A DNA stretch of 64,000 nucleotides from Candidatus Methanomethylicia archaeon (GCA_038727515.1 JAVYVS010000001.1:602946-666945); one strand, 5' to 3'. Shown: positions 39,290 through 49,353, counted from the stretch's first letter. Program-made: numbers and translations. The notes: generated by a model from the sequence alone, not told the origin.

Positions 39290-40095
39290 GGGTATATGTA
39301 GCTGGAATAAGAGATTTAAGTTTAATAGATTATCCAAGACATCCATGTATAGTAATATGGTTTCAAGGATGCAACTTTAGATGCCAATACTGCTATAACT
39401 ATGAGTTATGGGAAATGAGAAATGAAAATTTGTTAATGATAGATGAAATAGTTAGGAGGATAATTGAAGTAAAAGATATTGTAGAAGCATGTAAGATAAC
39501 TGGTGGAGAACCATCAATACAATCTGAAGCTCTAATGAGTATTGGAGAAGAATGTAAAAAGATAAAATTAAAATTTGGAATTGATACAAATGGTACGAAT
39601 CCAAGAATAATAGAAAAGTTAATTGAAGGGGAAATAGTAGATCATATAGCAATAGATTTGAAAGCACCATTAAATGTTAATGATTACACAAAAATAGTTG
39701 GAATTAAAATAGAACAAAAAGACCTAGAAAATATAAAGAGAACAATAAAATTAGCTTTTGAAAGCAATTTAGAAAGTGTTGAAATAAGAATCCCAATAAT
39801 TAGGAGTCTAAATAATAATCCAGATAAAATGTTGAATTTGAAAAATGATCTATTAGAGTTGGGATACGTGAAAGCTATTGAAGATGGAAAAAATGTAAGT
39901 ATAGAGGTATTAGAGGTTATACATGAATTAGCTGCAAATAAAGAACTTAGATTACAAAAGAATTTAACAATCAATGAAATAGTATATTTAAGTGAAGCTA
40001 TAGGTTTACCAAAGATATATATTAGACATAGAGATTTAGGTTTAAGGATGAGCTTAAGTCATGCAAAGGAAAACATTAGGAAAATTAAATCTTAA
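39286..40095 (+). CDS. nrdG: anaerobic ribonucleoside-triphosphate reductase activating protein-like radical SAM enzyme (NrdG)
   Basis: 269 aa; radical-SAM motif FQGCNFRCQYCYN (C-x3-C-x2-C) near N-terminus; convergent and overlapping with nrdD; C-terminal extension beyond typical NrdG length. Confidence 0.7.
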   Translation: MRVYVAGIRDLSLIDYPRHPCIVIWFQGCNFRCQYCYNYELWEMRNENLLMIDEIVRRIIEVKDIVEACKITGGEPSIQSEALMSIGEECKKIKLKFGIDTNGTNPRIIEKLIEGEIVDHIAIDLKAPLNVNDYTKIVGIKIEQKDLENIKRTIKLAFESNLESVEIRIPIIRSLNNNPDKMLNLKNDLLELGYVKAIEDGKNVSIEVLEVIHELAANKELRLQKNLTINEIVYLSEAIGLPKIYIRHRDLGLRMSLSHAKENIRKIKS

Positions 40096-42343
40096 TTCTA
40101 TACCTATCTTTCAACTCCCTCCTCTTAGCCATATTCCATCCACTAACATCTTGATAGTATCCAGTAACTCTACTCCACCATTTCACATTATTAGAACCAC
40201 AATTTGGACATTTATCATTTAACAATGGAGAAACAGTTGCACAATCACTACATATAGTTAAATCCTTAGTATAACTGAAATATCCTATTTGAGTTTCCGT
40301 AGCAATTTTCTTCGTGAGTTTAAATAGAGCTTCAGGATCTGGATATGCTTCACCAAGCCATATATGGAATATGTTTCCACCAGATAATAATGGGAAGAAT
40401 TTATGTTCAATATCTATTTTTCTAGCTAATGGGATGTTTGCACCAACATATACATGTGTACCATTGCTATAGTATACTGGGACATCCCTTTCATCGCTCT
40501 CAAGCATCTTCTTAGCGGTTTCCAAATCCCCTTTAACAACTTTACTAGCTGCATCTCTATATTCATCTGATAATAGATCTGCAACTGCAAGCCTCTGAGC
40601 GCAACTTTCAGCTGGAGTTCTAGCTAAAGCAATTTTATAATTAAATTTAGATTCCAATTCATCTCTATATTTACGCATAGCTAAAATTACTTTTACAAGT
40701 AATTTCACAGCTTCATTAGATTCATGCAATTGATAACCAGTATGCCATTGAGCCATTTCATTACCGCCAACTAAACCTATAACGAAAACCAAATTATTGA
40801 AATCCACTGCAGGAGGACCTCTCTTACCAGTTCTAGGATCTAATGGTCTTTGAGTTGCAAAGGGTAGACGTCCATTCTTAATCATAAGGTTCATCCACTT
40901 TAATTTAACTTTAAATACATCTAATGATAAATCCATGAGTCTATATATTTCTTCTAAGAGTTTATCATCATCACCCTTAGCCTTATATGCAACTCTAGGA
41001 AGATTTAAACTAACAACTTGCCATGCACCCATGCTAAAATGTTTACCATCAATAAAGTAAACTTTATCATTAAATGAGGAATCACTTTCAGGGGTTTCAG
41101 TGAAAGAGTATGCACAACATTGGTAACATGATACACCCTTACCATATCCTCTATATGCTGGAAGAGCATTATCAAAGTATGGAGAACCGAATTTTGAAAC
41201 AACTTTATGGACGAGCATCCATTCATCATAGTAATCATCTTTAAGAGCTTCAGGAGTTATGTAAGTTTCAAGTTTTGGGAAATTGAATGGTTTACCCCAA
41301 AAATCACCTTTAAATGCAACTTCATATATAGCTCTAAAGAATAATCTAGCTTCTTCTTCAAAACTTCCATAGGTATCCTCACTAACAACACCTCTATAAA
41401 CAACAGGTTTATCACGCCAAATCTCGGGGACTGTTGGTGAAAGTTGAATATTGGAAAAGACTAATTGACCTCCTCTAGCAACATAACATTGAGTTAATTC
41501 ATAAAACATCATTTGAGCCAATTGTTTGATTTCTTCATATGATAATCCTTCCATAAATGGTGCAAGAAAAACATTATAGTTATAGAAACCCTGTCCACCT
41601 GAGAAATTAGTTTGTGCAGCTGCAAGTATCTTAACTGAATGTAAAATAGCTACTTCAGGATGTTTAGCAGGACCAGCAACACTAGTTTTAAATCCAGTTC
41701 CATCGGGCATTAAACCATAATATAAGAAGTATCGTAAATCATGATCTTGACAGAATGGTCTAGTTCCAAAATACTCTAAATCATGAATATGAATATCACC
41801 CTTCAAATGAGCATCAGCAATATGTATGGGTAGGAGCAAGAGATATTGTTCTTTAGAAAGCTTATCAGCCTTCTTCTTATGGGAAGTTTCAGGATTAGGC
41901 TGTAAATTAGCGTTTTCCTTAGCTTCAAAACCTAATCCAATATCGATGAGATAAGCATCATATACAGGTGCTCCAACTCTAGTTAAAACATTCCTATATA
42001 CTATGTATACAGGCTTATTATTAGACCATTCAAGCAAAATATTATTTACAACTTCTCTAATTAATGGAGCACTCACGAAAAATGCCTTCATACTCTTAAT
42101 TCTACGTTCAGCTTCTAAAGCTATAGCCTCAGCTTCCTCCCTACTTATAGGAGGAATACCAAAGAATTCTTCTGCCAATTGAGTTTCCTTTAAAAGCTGT
42201 TTTACAATTTTAGATCTATCCCAAGGCTCAAAATATCCACTACTAGTTCGAACAAGTATTAATTCATCATCCTTACCCTTAAGATTAACAGTAGATTTAT
42301 CGATCCAACCATTATATCCATTAAGCCAATCAACCAAGCTCAA
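40085..42343 (-). CDS. nrdD: anaerobic ribonucleoside-triphosphate reductase (class III, NrdD)
   Basis: 752 aa; ATP-cone-like N-terminus, C-terminal Zn ribbon CSDCATV...CPNCGS and glycyl radical motif RVTGYY. Confidence 0.9.
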   Translation of the reverse strand: MSLVDWLNGYNGWIDKSTVNLKGKDDELILVRTSSGYFEPWDRSKIVKQLLKETQLAEEFFGIPPISREEAEAIALEAERRIKSMKAFFVSAPLIREVVNNILLEWSNNKPVYIVYRNVLTRVGAPVYDAYLIDIGLGFEAKENANLQPNPETSHKKKADKLSKEQYLLLLPIHIADAHLKGDIHIHDLEYFGTRPFCQDHDLRYFLYYGLMPDGTGFKTSVAGPAKHPEVAILHSVKILAAAQTNFSGGQGFYNYNVFLAPFMEGLSYEEIKQLAQMMFYELTQCYVARGGQLVFSNIQLSPTVPEIWRDKPVVYRGVVSEDTYGSFEEEARLFFRAIYEVAFKGDFWGKPFNFPKLETYITPEALKDDYYDEWMLVHKVVSKFGSPYFDNALPAYRGYGKGVSCYQCCAYSFTETPESDSSFNDKVYFIDGKHFSMGAWQVVSLNLPRVAYKAKGDDDKLLEEIYRLMDLSLDVFKVKLKWMNLMIKNGRLPFATQRPLDPRTGKRGPPAVDFNNLVFVIGLVGGNEMAQWHTGYQLHESNEAVKLLVKVILAMRKYRDELESKFNYKIALARTPAESCAQRLAVADLLSDEYRDAASKVVKGDLETAKKMLESDERDVPVYYSNGTHVYVGANIPLARKIDIEHKFFPLLSGGNIFHIWLGEAYPDPEALFKLTKKIATETQIGYFSYTKDLTICSDCATVSPLLNDKCPNCGSNNVKWWSRVTGYYQDVSGWNMAKRRELKDRYRIKI

Positions 42344-42600
42344 CTCCTCCCTAAAATCTTCAAAATAAATTCACTTCTCAATTTAGAATCTTCAAAAAGG
42401 TCATTTACAAAGAAGTATCTTCCATCAACCTCAAGTATTGGAACTGAAGTTACAAAAACATTATTCATTATGAGTTCAGTCATAACATTAATATTTGATA
42501 TATCCATCTCTAAATATTTAACTCCAATACTACTTAAAAAGTTCTTTAAAATCATACATAAAGGACAGTTTGGCGATGTAAAAATCTTAACAACAGACAT
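42340..42600 (-). CDS. glutaredoxin-like / NrdH-type redoxin
   Basis: 86 aa; thioredoxin fold with CPLC active site at residues 12-15; 4-nt overlap with nrdD. Confidence 0.65.
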   Translation of the reverse strand: MSVVKIFTSPNCPLCMILKNFLSSIGVKYLEMDISNINVMTELIMNNVFVTSVPILEVDGRYFFVNDLFEDSKLRSEFILKILGRS

Positions 42601-42822
42601 ACAAGTTATAATGTATAATTAGGGTGTGTAAAAACTTATCCATTTGATAACATTAATGCCAAAGATAGGTTATGAGGAGAATGAAATTTTTAATAAACAT
42701 TTAAATGCAATATAAAACCGAATGGGAAATATTGGACCCACAACAAAATATCTACACAAAAACTTCAAAGAAAAACGTAATTTAATTAATAGAAACTTAA
42801 ACTAAAAAGGAAAACCATGGAT

Positions 42823-43179
42823 TTAATCTAGTTTTAGAAATGGGGGCTTACTCTTTAATCTAATAATTGGAATAGCAATCCAGCCAGGTTGAATACCATT
42901 AGAAACTCTAATAATCTCTCCACTCTCCTCACTTCTAACCAAAAAGTATTTACCACATATAGATGTCTTACTCTCATAGTAATAGAATACTGGAATACCA
43001 TACCACTTATAGTAATCCCTGTATATAGCTATAATACCCACATAACATGATCCATTATGATCAAAACATAATGCATATACAGGTTGACCTAAACCTGCAG
43101 CAGAAGCCATAAATCTAGCTAGATCATCTAAACTTTCAACTTGTAATGGTATTGGAGGTAAAACTTCCTCTGAAGCCAT
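42823..43179 (-). CDS. hypothetical protein
   Basis: 118 aa, aromatic-rich (YYKWYGIPVFYYYE); no family recognised. Confidence 0.3.
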   Translation of the reverse strand: MASEEVLPPIPLQVESLDDLARFMASAAGLGQPVYALCFDHNGSCYVGIIAIYRDYYKWYGIPVFYYYESKTSICGKYFLVRSEESGEIIRVSNGIQPGWIAIPIIRLKSKPPFLKLD

Positions 43180-43213
43180 AGAGACACCAAATAAATAAGA
43201 AAAAGAGTGGTAT

Positions 43214-44389
43214 TTAATGTTTCCCCATTTTATCAGAAATAAACTTTCTAATTAAATTGACACCTAACTTTATCTCATCCATTGAAGTGGCATAAGATAT
43301 TCTAATATGATTCTCTCCGCCAGAACCAAAAGCATTTCCGGGAATTGTTACAACACCATAATCTAAGAGTTGATTTGAAATACTTATGGAATCTAGGTTA
43401 AGTATTGAGAAATCAGGGAAAACATAGAAGGCACCTTTTGGATTTGGACAGCGAATACCTTCAATGGAATTCAATTCTTTAACTAAGAATTTTCTACGAG
43501 CATCATACTCTCTAACCATACTTTCAACACAACTTTGATCTCCAAGAAGTGCTGCCACACCTGCATATTGAACAAAAGATGAAGGGCAGGTGGTAGTATT
43601 TTGCTGTATCTTATCAATACCATCAATAATGTCTTTATTGGCTATTACAAATCCAAGTCGCCAACCAGTCATAGCATAAGTTTTTGAAAAACCATCAATA
43701 ACAATTAGTCTATCCCTTAATTTATCAAAACTTAACATAGTATATGGTTTAACATCATCATAAACAAGCATACGATAAATCTCATCTGAAATGACATATA
43801 GATCATGGTCTATAGCAATATCTGAGATAACCTTTAATTCATCAATAGTTAATACGCCTCCAGTTGGATTGCTTGGGGAACAAAAGATTATAGCCTTACT
43901 TCTACTAGTTATAGCATTCTTTAGAAATTCTTCATTAAGTTTAAAGGAGTCACCACAATTAACTTCTACAACTCTACCTCCAGCTGATTCAACACATTGC
44001 CAATATGTAGGCCATGCTGGAGTCAATAATATAGCTTCATCATCGACATCAATAATACATTGTAATGCAGCGTATAATGCAAATTTAGATCCAGGAGTCA
44101 CTATAACCTCATTATTTGGATTAATATCAACACCAAAATACTTCTTATAATAAGTTGAAATAGCTTGTCTCAATTCAATTATACCCTTAGAAGAAGTATA
44201 ATGTGTAAACCCTTTATCCAAAGCTTCTATACAAGCATTCTTAATGTGGGTTGGAGTATCAAAATTAGGTTCACCAATACTTAAATCCACAAGTCTCTTA
44301 CCCTGAGATTTAAGTTTTCTAGCTTTTTCACTAACACTTATAGTGGGGGATGGCTTAATGGATAGAATCCTTGAAGCCAATTTCTTCAA
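43214..44389 (-). CDS. class I PLP-dependent aminotransferase (aspartate aminotransferase-like)
   Basis: 391 aa; PLP-lysine motif SKTYAMTGWRLGF; typical AAT-family NPTG motif. Confidence 0.85.
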   Translation of the reverse strand: MKKLASRILSIKPSPTISVSEKARKLKSQGKRLVDLSIGEPNFDTPTHIKNACIEALDKGFTHYTSSKGIIELRQAISTYYKKYFGVDINPNNEVIVTPGSKFALYAALQCIIDVDDEAILLTPAWPTYWQCVESAGGRVVEVNCGDSFKLNEEFLKNAITSRSKAIIFCSPSNPTGGVLTIDELKVISDIAIDHDLYVISDEIYRMLVYDDVKPYTMLSFDKLRDRLIVIDGFSKTYAMTGWRLGFVIANKDIIDGIDKIQQNTTTCPSSFVQYAGVAALLGDQSCVESMVREYDARRKFLVKELNSIEGIRCPNPKGAFYVFPDFSILNLDSISISNQLLDYGVVTIPGNAFGSGGENHIRISYATSMDEIKLGVNLIRKFISDKMGKH

Positions 44390-44475
44390 ATACCATCACT
44401 AACTATTTTCTAATATCAAATTATTATTAAATATTTCCAAGAATAACTTTAAAAAATATGATTTATTATTATAAT

Positions 44476-44757
44476 TTATTTCCTCGTCAAAGTTATTTCT
44501 ATTGCTGATACAGTTCTCGCTTGATCGCCTTCTCCAACACGCTCAGAACCTATTGAAATATTTTTAACATCCACTTGTCCACTGAGAAATCTAGTTTTAA
44601 CTATTTGCGCCACATCAACAGCTTTACTTATAGCTTTGCCACGAGCCTTTATGACGACTTCATCTGCACCTTGATTAAATTGAACTAGAGCTGCTAAAAC
44701 ATAGTTCATAACGGTTTTCTTACCCACTAAAATAACATTACTCTGTCGAGAAGCCAT
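44476..44757 (-). CDS. albA: DNA/RNA-binding protein Alba
   Basis: Near-identical block to Sso10b-type Alba: SNVILVGKKTVMNYVLAALVQFNQGADEVVIKARGKAISKAVDVAQIV; ORF extends to 44778 but MASRQSN start at 44757 matches Alba length. Confidence 0.9.
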   Translation of the reverse strand: MASRQSNVILVGKKTVMNYVLAALVQFNQGADEVVIKARGKAISKAVDVAQIVKTRFLSGQVDVKNISIGSERVGEGDQARTVSAIEITLTRK

Positions 44758-44819
44758 AGAATCCCTCCAGAAATCCATTAGAAACTCTTTAAATAGAAGA
44801 GAAGAAGCTTATTTAAATT

Positions 44820-45173
44820 TTACTCAAAAATTGATTTCTCCATATCCCTAATAAATTTCCTAGCTTTCTCAAATAGCATAAATCCCTTATCTGTAACCCT
44901 ATAATAAGTGGTTTCACCCTCACTAAATTTTTCAATTAATCCTTCTCTAACCATCTTATATATAACTGCGTAAACGGTTATTGTAGAAGGATTAAAATGA
45001 AATTTTTCAGAAATAGCCTTCTTAACTGCATATCCATATAATGGTTTTGAACGTAAAACACTAATAACATAAAGCCATAAATTTTCTTTAGTTAATTTCC
45101 TAACAAGCCTTTCAAAAGCCAAAAAGACACCTAATGAACTTATAATATTTATAGATAAAAATATTTTATGCAA
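44820..45173 (-). CDS. PadR-family winged-helix transcriptional regulator
   Basis: 117 aa; PadR-like LWLYVISVLRSKPLYGYAVKKAI...TVYAVIYKMVREGLI. Confidence 0.55.
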   Translation of the reverse strand: MHKIFLSINIISSLGVFLAFERLVRKLTKENLWLYVISVLRSKPLYGYAVKKAISEKFHFNPSTITVYAVIYKMVREGLIEKFSEGETTYYRVTDKGFMLFEKARKFIRDMEKSIFE

Positions 45174-45219
45174 AACATTTTAGAATTTAAGAGTGTAAAA
45201 GATATTTGAAGGTGAAAAA

Positions 45220-45732
45220 TTGAGTGAAGAAGATAGGGAAAAATTAAAGGCTTTGATAAAGGAGAAGATAGACCAATTAAATAAGGAAATAGAAGTACTT
45301 AAAATGTGTCTAGAAATCATAAGTGAAAAATCAGTAGCAACACAAAAGAAAGCAATGGAAACAACGATAGAAGCAAAAATTCCACCTCCACAACCACAAA
45401 AAATTGAAACCACCGAAAGAAAACTTTTATCAAGTATAAATGAGGGGAAAGAAAACATTGCAAACATATATGTTGAAAAAGAAAAAATAATAATAGTTCC
45501 CGGAAGAAATGTAGAAGTAGATATAAATTCAAGAGATTTTAAAGATTTCTTCATTAAAAAGGTTTTATTGGGGTTGAAGAAGGAGAAGGCAGCAGTAACA
45601 TATGAAGTTAAAGATTCAAATGGAATACTTAAGGAAGTTATAATTAGAAATGTATCTGAGGAGAAGGATATAAGAAGGATAGAGGGAGCAGTAAAATGGA
45701 CTTTTAGTAGATTTCTAAAAACTAAGCCTTAA
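45220..45732 (+). CDS. hypothetical coiled-coil protein, paralog family member A
   Basis: 170 aa; N-terminal heptad region, conserved C-terminal block AVTYEVKDSNGILKEVIIRNV...AVKWTFSRF; paralog of 60228..60815. Confidence 0.35.
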   Translation: MSEEDREKLKALIKEKIDQLNKEIEVLKMCLEIISEKSVATQKKAMETTIEAKIPPPQPQKIETTERKLLSSINEGKENIANIYVEKEKIIIVPGRNVEVDINSRDFKDFFIKKVLLGLKKEKAAVTYEVKDSNGILKEVIIRNVSEEKDIRRIEGAVKWTFSRFLKTKP

Positions 45733-46288
45733 ACCAATTGAGGGAAATATATGTAATACTATTATCATCTGGGTTTATCATAGCTATAATAAATTTCTTC
45801 TTAACACTATGAGACAATCTACCAGCACGAACTATATGTATTGGATCGAGTTTCTCATTAACTGGCAAAACTTCAACTAGAAAAGGCGCATGATCAATTC
45901 CTGGACCATGTTTATAAACAGCAAAATCAGCTCCAAATTTCATACCAGGCCTAACTACAAAGCCTTTATTCCTTAAATCACAATAAACTAGATATAATTC
46001 ATTGAAAAGCTTATGTCTACTCTTAGCAATAGATAAAACTTCATCTCTACTTAAAACTCTACCACCATCAACAACTAAAATAACACCTTTATCCAATAAA
46101 TATAAAGCTTCTATAGGTGATAAAACCAATGGAGAATTAAAATTTAGATCTTTAGGCTTCCTAGCTTTTATTGGCATACCATAAAATCCATTAGCATACA
46201 ATTTCCTACTACAATCAAAATCCCAAACTACAAAGTTTCCTCCAACCCATTCAACCATTATTGATTTATCCATATCAACCACAACCAA
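45722..46288 (-). CDS. endA: tRNA-splicing endonuclease catalytic subunit EndA
   Basis: 188 aa; catalytic-domain signature YLVYCDLRNKGFVVRPGMKFGADFAVYKHGPGIDHAPFLVEV. Confidence 0.8.
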   Translation of the reverse strand: MVVVDMDKSIMVEWVGGNFVVWDFDCSRKLYANGFYGMPIKARKPKDLNFNSPLVLSPIEALYLLDKGVILVVDGGRVLSRDEVLSIAKSRHKLFNELYLVYCDLRNKGFVVRPGMKFGADFAVYKHGPGIDHAPFLVEVLPVNEKLDPIHIVRAGRLSHSVKKKFIIAMINPDDNSITYISLNWFKA

Positions 46289-46349
46289 TATTTACCCCTC
46301 AACACATTTTAACATTAATTAAGGTAAAAATATTATGTGAGGCATTGAA

Positions 46350-47417
46350 ATGTCATACAAGATAAAGATACGGAAAAGTACAATTATAATTGCAGCATCT
46401 TATGGGGTAGGATTAGCAATAATATTTATGTTAATCAATTATATTGGATTGAATAAAGTTTTTGAAAATATAATGAGTAGAATGGTTTACCAATTATTCA
46501 TAGCAACATTCATACTTGACATTGCTGGATTGTTAATATACGCATTAATATGGTATTTACTTTTAATTGGAGTAGGATCAAAAGTGAAATTCATGACTTC
46601 AATAACATCAACTTGGGCTAGCATATTTATAATGTATCTAAGTCCCACAGGTGTAGTACTGGAATTATTGAAACTCGTCTTAACTAATAAGGAGGGGAAA
46701 GTACCCATTGGGAGGGGGATTGCAGCATTAACAATGCAAAGAATAATATATTCCATTAGTTTCATATCCATAGCAATATCAAGCTACATAGTGGTTCAAT
46801 ATAGATATATGGTTATAGGGGAAGCCATTGGTAGAATAATAGCGGCTTTAATAATAATAGCCTTAATCACAGCAATAGCCTTAATAATTGTAGGGAGAAG
46901 AACGGAGAAATTAGAAATGATAATATTTAGGATATATGAAAAATATCAAAATAGAATTGAGAAAATGATATCAAAATACAATCCAACGGAAGTAATAAAC
47001 TCAATATCATCAACAATAAATGAATTTAAAAATTCATTTAAGTCATTATGCTCTAAGAAGACTATACTTATAACAACCTTTATATTAACAACGATAAATT
47101 GGATGTTAAATGTAATGATATTATACGTTGTTCTACTATCACTTGGATATAAAGTTTCAATATGGATCTTAATGTTAATAATGGTATTATGTGAATTCGT
47201 ACAAATGACCCCAATAATTATACCTGGAATGCTTGGAATAATAGAAACAGTAATGACAGCAACATTACAAATCTTTGGAATACCACTAGAAATATCAGGT
47301 ACAGCTTCAATACTAACTAGATTGGCAACCTTCTGGTTCGATATACCAATAACAGCTATTGCAGCATCATATTATGGAATAAAATACCTATTAAAAGGAG
47401 TAATTAAAGAAGATTAA
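46350..47417 (+). CDS. UPF0104/LPG-synthase-TM-like (flippase-like) membrane protein
   Basis: 355 aa, about 8 TM helices, Lys-rich cytoplasmic loop in the middle; topology reminiscent of UPF0104. Confidence 0.35.
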   Translation: MSYKIKIRKSTIIIAASYGVGLAIIFMLINYIGLNKVFENIMSRMVYQLFIATFILDIAGLLIYALIWYLLLIGVGSKVKFMTSITSTWASIFIMYLSPTGVVLELLKLVLTNKEGKVPIGRGIAALTMQRIIYSISFISIAISSYIVVQYRYMVIGEAIGRIIAALIIIALITAIALIIVGRRTEKLEMIIFRIYEKYQNRIEKMISKYNPTEVINSISSTINEFKNSFKSLCSKKTILITTFILTTINWMLNVMILYVVLLSLGYKVSIWILMLIMVLCEFVQMTPIIIPGMLGIIETVMTATLQIFGIPLEISGTASILTRLATFWFDIPITAIAASYYGIKYLLKGVIKED

Positions 47418-47421
47418 CTTT

Positions 47422-49023
47422 TTAACTAGAATCCAATACAATACCACTTAAAGCTCTATCTGAAACAACCCTTACAATCTTAACTTTAGCAATTTTACCC
47501 ACAAATTTTGAAGCAACCTTTGAATTTTCAATAAATATTACAGGTCCATGAATAAATGGATATCCAATAAAACCTTTACCTCTAAGAGAATTAACTATAT
47601 ATGCATCTAAAACAGCTCCAATCCATTTATCCTTCAATTTAGAATTTATTCTTGAAGCTTTATCAACAATTATCTTACCAACAGCATCAACATGACTTGG
47701 GGGAGCTTTAGGAAAATCTGAGAAAGCAGACATCGGAAGTGGAGAAAACCTATATACAGTTATCTTTTCAGCTCCAGCTTTAACAGCTTCATCCATAACC
47801 TTTGAAGTTTCAATAGCAATATTAACGTCTTGATTTGGTAGTCCATGAATAAAGTATGCATATGGAATTAAACCATACTTCCTTAAGAGTCTAATAGCTT
47901 TAATAGCTTGACTAGGAGTTGAAGGTCTACCAAGGGATATGGCATAAGAATCTACTCCAGTTTCAACACCAATACTAGTTGGAGTACCACGTAAATATCT
48001 ACCTAAAACTTTTGCTACTTCTTCATCTACAAGTGAAGGTTTAACATTTTCTATGGAGAAGAAAATTTTTAAGCTAAATTCACTCTCTAAGCTTTTAATA
48101 CTTCCAAGAAGCTTCTCAATTTCATTAAGATTTGGTGGAGGATTTAATGGGTCTGTTAAAGGTTCAGGTTCCACTAGAATATCTCTCCCATAATCTAAGA
48201 AATCTGAAGCTCCCAAGATAAATCGTCTACAACCCATTTCAATTAAACCTTTAATTTCATTTACAATAGATTCTACAGATCTACTCCTAGATGGGCCGAA
48301 AAGGCTTGGAACAGAACAATATCCACAACCAGGTGGAATATTCATTGGGCAATAGTATCTATCGCTTAAAGAACTACTATAACATTTTCCACAATCATTA
48401 CATTTACGTCCATCTGGAAGCATAATTTTAGTTCTAAGAAAATTACTACAACCTCTAACAACTTCAACATAAATTCTACAAGCATAATAACTCCAATAAT
48501 TCCTAACAACTTTAACAGATGGTTTAAATGAATCAAGTTCAAATCTAGACATAAACGGTCTAAGATCATTAACCTTCACATTGGAATCTATACGATAAGC
48601 TAACCCCTTAACATCTTTGATAGATTCTATATCTTCAAAATCAAATTTATTGAAAAATTCTACAAGAGATTTTTCAGCTTCACCAATAAATGCAATATCA
48701 AAACCAGCTTTAACTAAAGCTTCATAAGGATCAGAAGTCAATGGACCTCCAATAATACTCAATCCACCATTAAACTTATCCCATAACCTCTTAATCCTAC
48801 GAGCCATGGGAAGATCAACACTCATAGCACTAACCATTAATACATCAAAATCTTTAAAGATAGAAGTATTTGAAAGAACACTATAATATGGTTTTAAATC
48901 ATAATCAAAACCAAGTTTCTCCAAGACTCCAGCAATAGTTCTCGGCCCACAACCAATAACATCTAACGTCGCATATCTACCAACACTCCCAGAACCAAGA
49001 ACATCAACAATTAAAATTTTCAT
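47422..49023 (-). CDS. B12-binding-like domain / radical SAM protein with Cys-rich insertion
   Basis: 533 aa; N-terminal Rossmann-like MKILIVDVLGSGSVG; radical SAM core with VRGCSNF ... [about 35-aa insert CNDCGKC...YYC] ... PPGCGYCSVPSLFG. Confidence 0.55.
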   Translation of the reverse strand: MKILIVDVLGSGSVGRYATLDVIGCGPRTIAGVLEKLGFDYDLKPYYSVLSNTSIFKDFDVLMVSAMSVDLPMARRIKRLWDKFNGGLSIIGGPLTSDPYEALVKAGFDIAFIGEAEKSLVEFFNKFDFEDIESIKDVKGLAYRIDSNVKVNDLRPFMSRFELDSFKPSVKVVRNYWSYYACRIYVEVVRGCSNFLRTKIMLPDGRKCNDCGKCYSSSLSDRYYCPMNIPPGCGYCSVPSLFGPSRSRSVESIVNEIKGLIEMGCRRFILGASDFLDYGRDILVEPEPLTDPLNPPPNLNEIEKLLGSIKSLESEFSLKIFFSIENVKPSLVDEEVAKVLGRYLRGTPTSIGVETGVDSYAISLGRPSTPSQAIKAIRLLRKYGLIPYAYFIHGLPNQDVNIAIETSKVMDEAVKAGAEKITVYRFSPLPMSAFSDFPKAPPSHVDAVGKIIVDKASRINSKLKDKWIGAVLDAYIVNSLRGKGFIGYPFIHGPVIFIENSKVASKFVGKIAKVKIVRVVSDRALSGIVLDSS

Positions 49024-49034
49024 GTTTTAAAATT

Positions 49035-49313
49035 TCACCTTATGGGACGCCTAATTGTAGCTATAGAATTATCGGCAATACCTAAAGAAGCCATTTGAGC
49101 AGGATTAGCCCAAACCTCCCTTTCAGGTACATTATCATCAACTAAAACCGTCAATATACATTTACGTTTACCAGCAATTACAACCTCGATTTTATCAGAT
49201 ATCTGGAGTTGTTTAACCATTGCACTATTCATTTTAGCCATACCATTTTCAACACCATCAACACGTCTAATCCTCAACCTCTTTTCAGGAACACCTGACA
49301 ATAATTTCACCAA
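49035..49313 (-). CDS. small double-psi beta-barrel (CDC48/VAT-N-like) protein
   Basis: 92 aa; resembles VAT-N fragment (IEVVIAGKRKCILTVLV...WANPAQMASLGIADNSIATIRR); 11 nt upstream of radical SAM gene. Confidence 0.3.
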   Translation of the reverse strand: MVKLLSGVPEKRLRIRRVDGVENGMAKMNSAMVKQLQISDKIEVVIAGKRKCILTVLVDDNVPEREVWANPAQMASLGIADNSIATIRRPIR

Positions 49314-49353
49314 ATAATAGTGGATAACAGGATTATTATAAATATTAATTCAA

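Noticed and set aside
49035-49313. Small ORF as formylmethanofuran dehydrogenase subunit D or a MoaD/ThiS-like protein
   Set aside because: No GG C-terminus (not ubiquitin-like) and no Fwd context; retained only as a generic double-psi beta-barrel-like protein.
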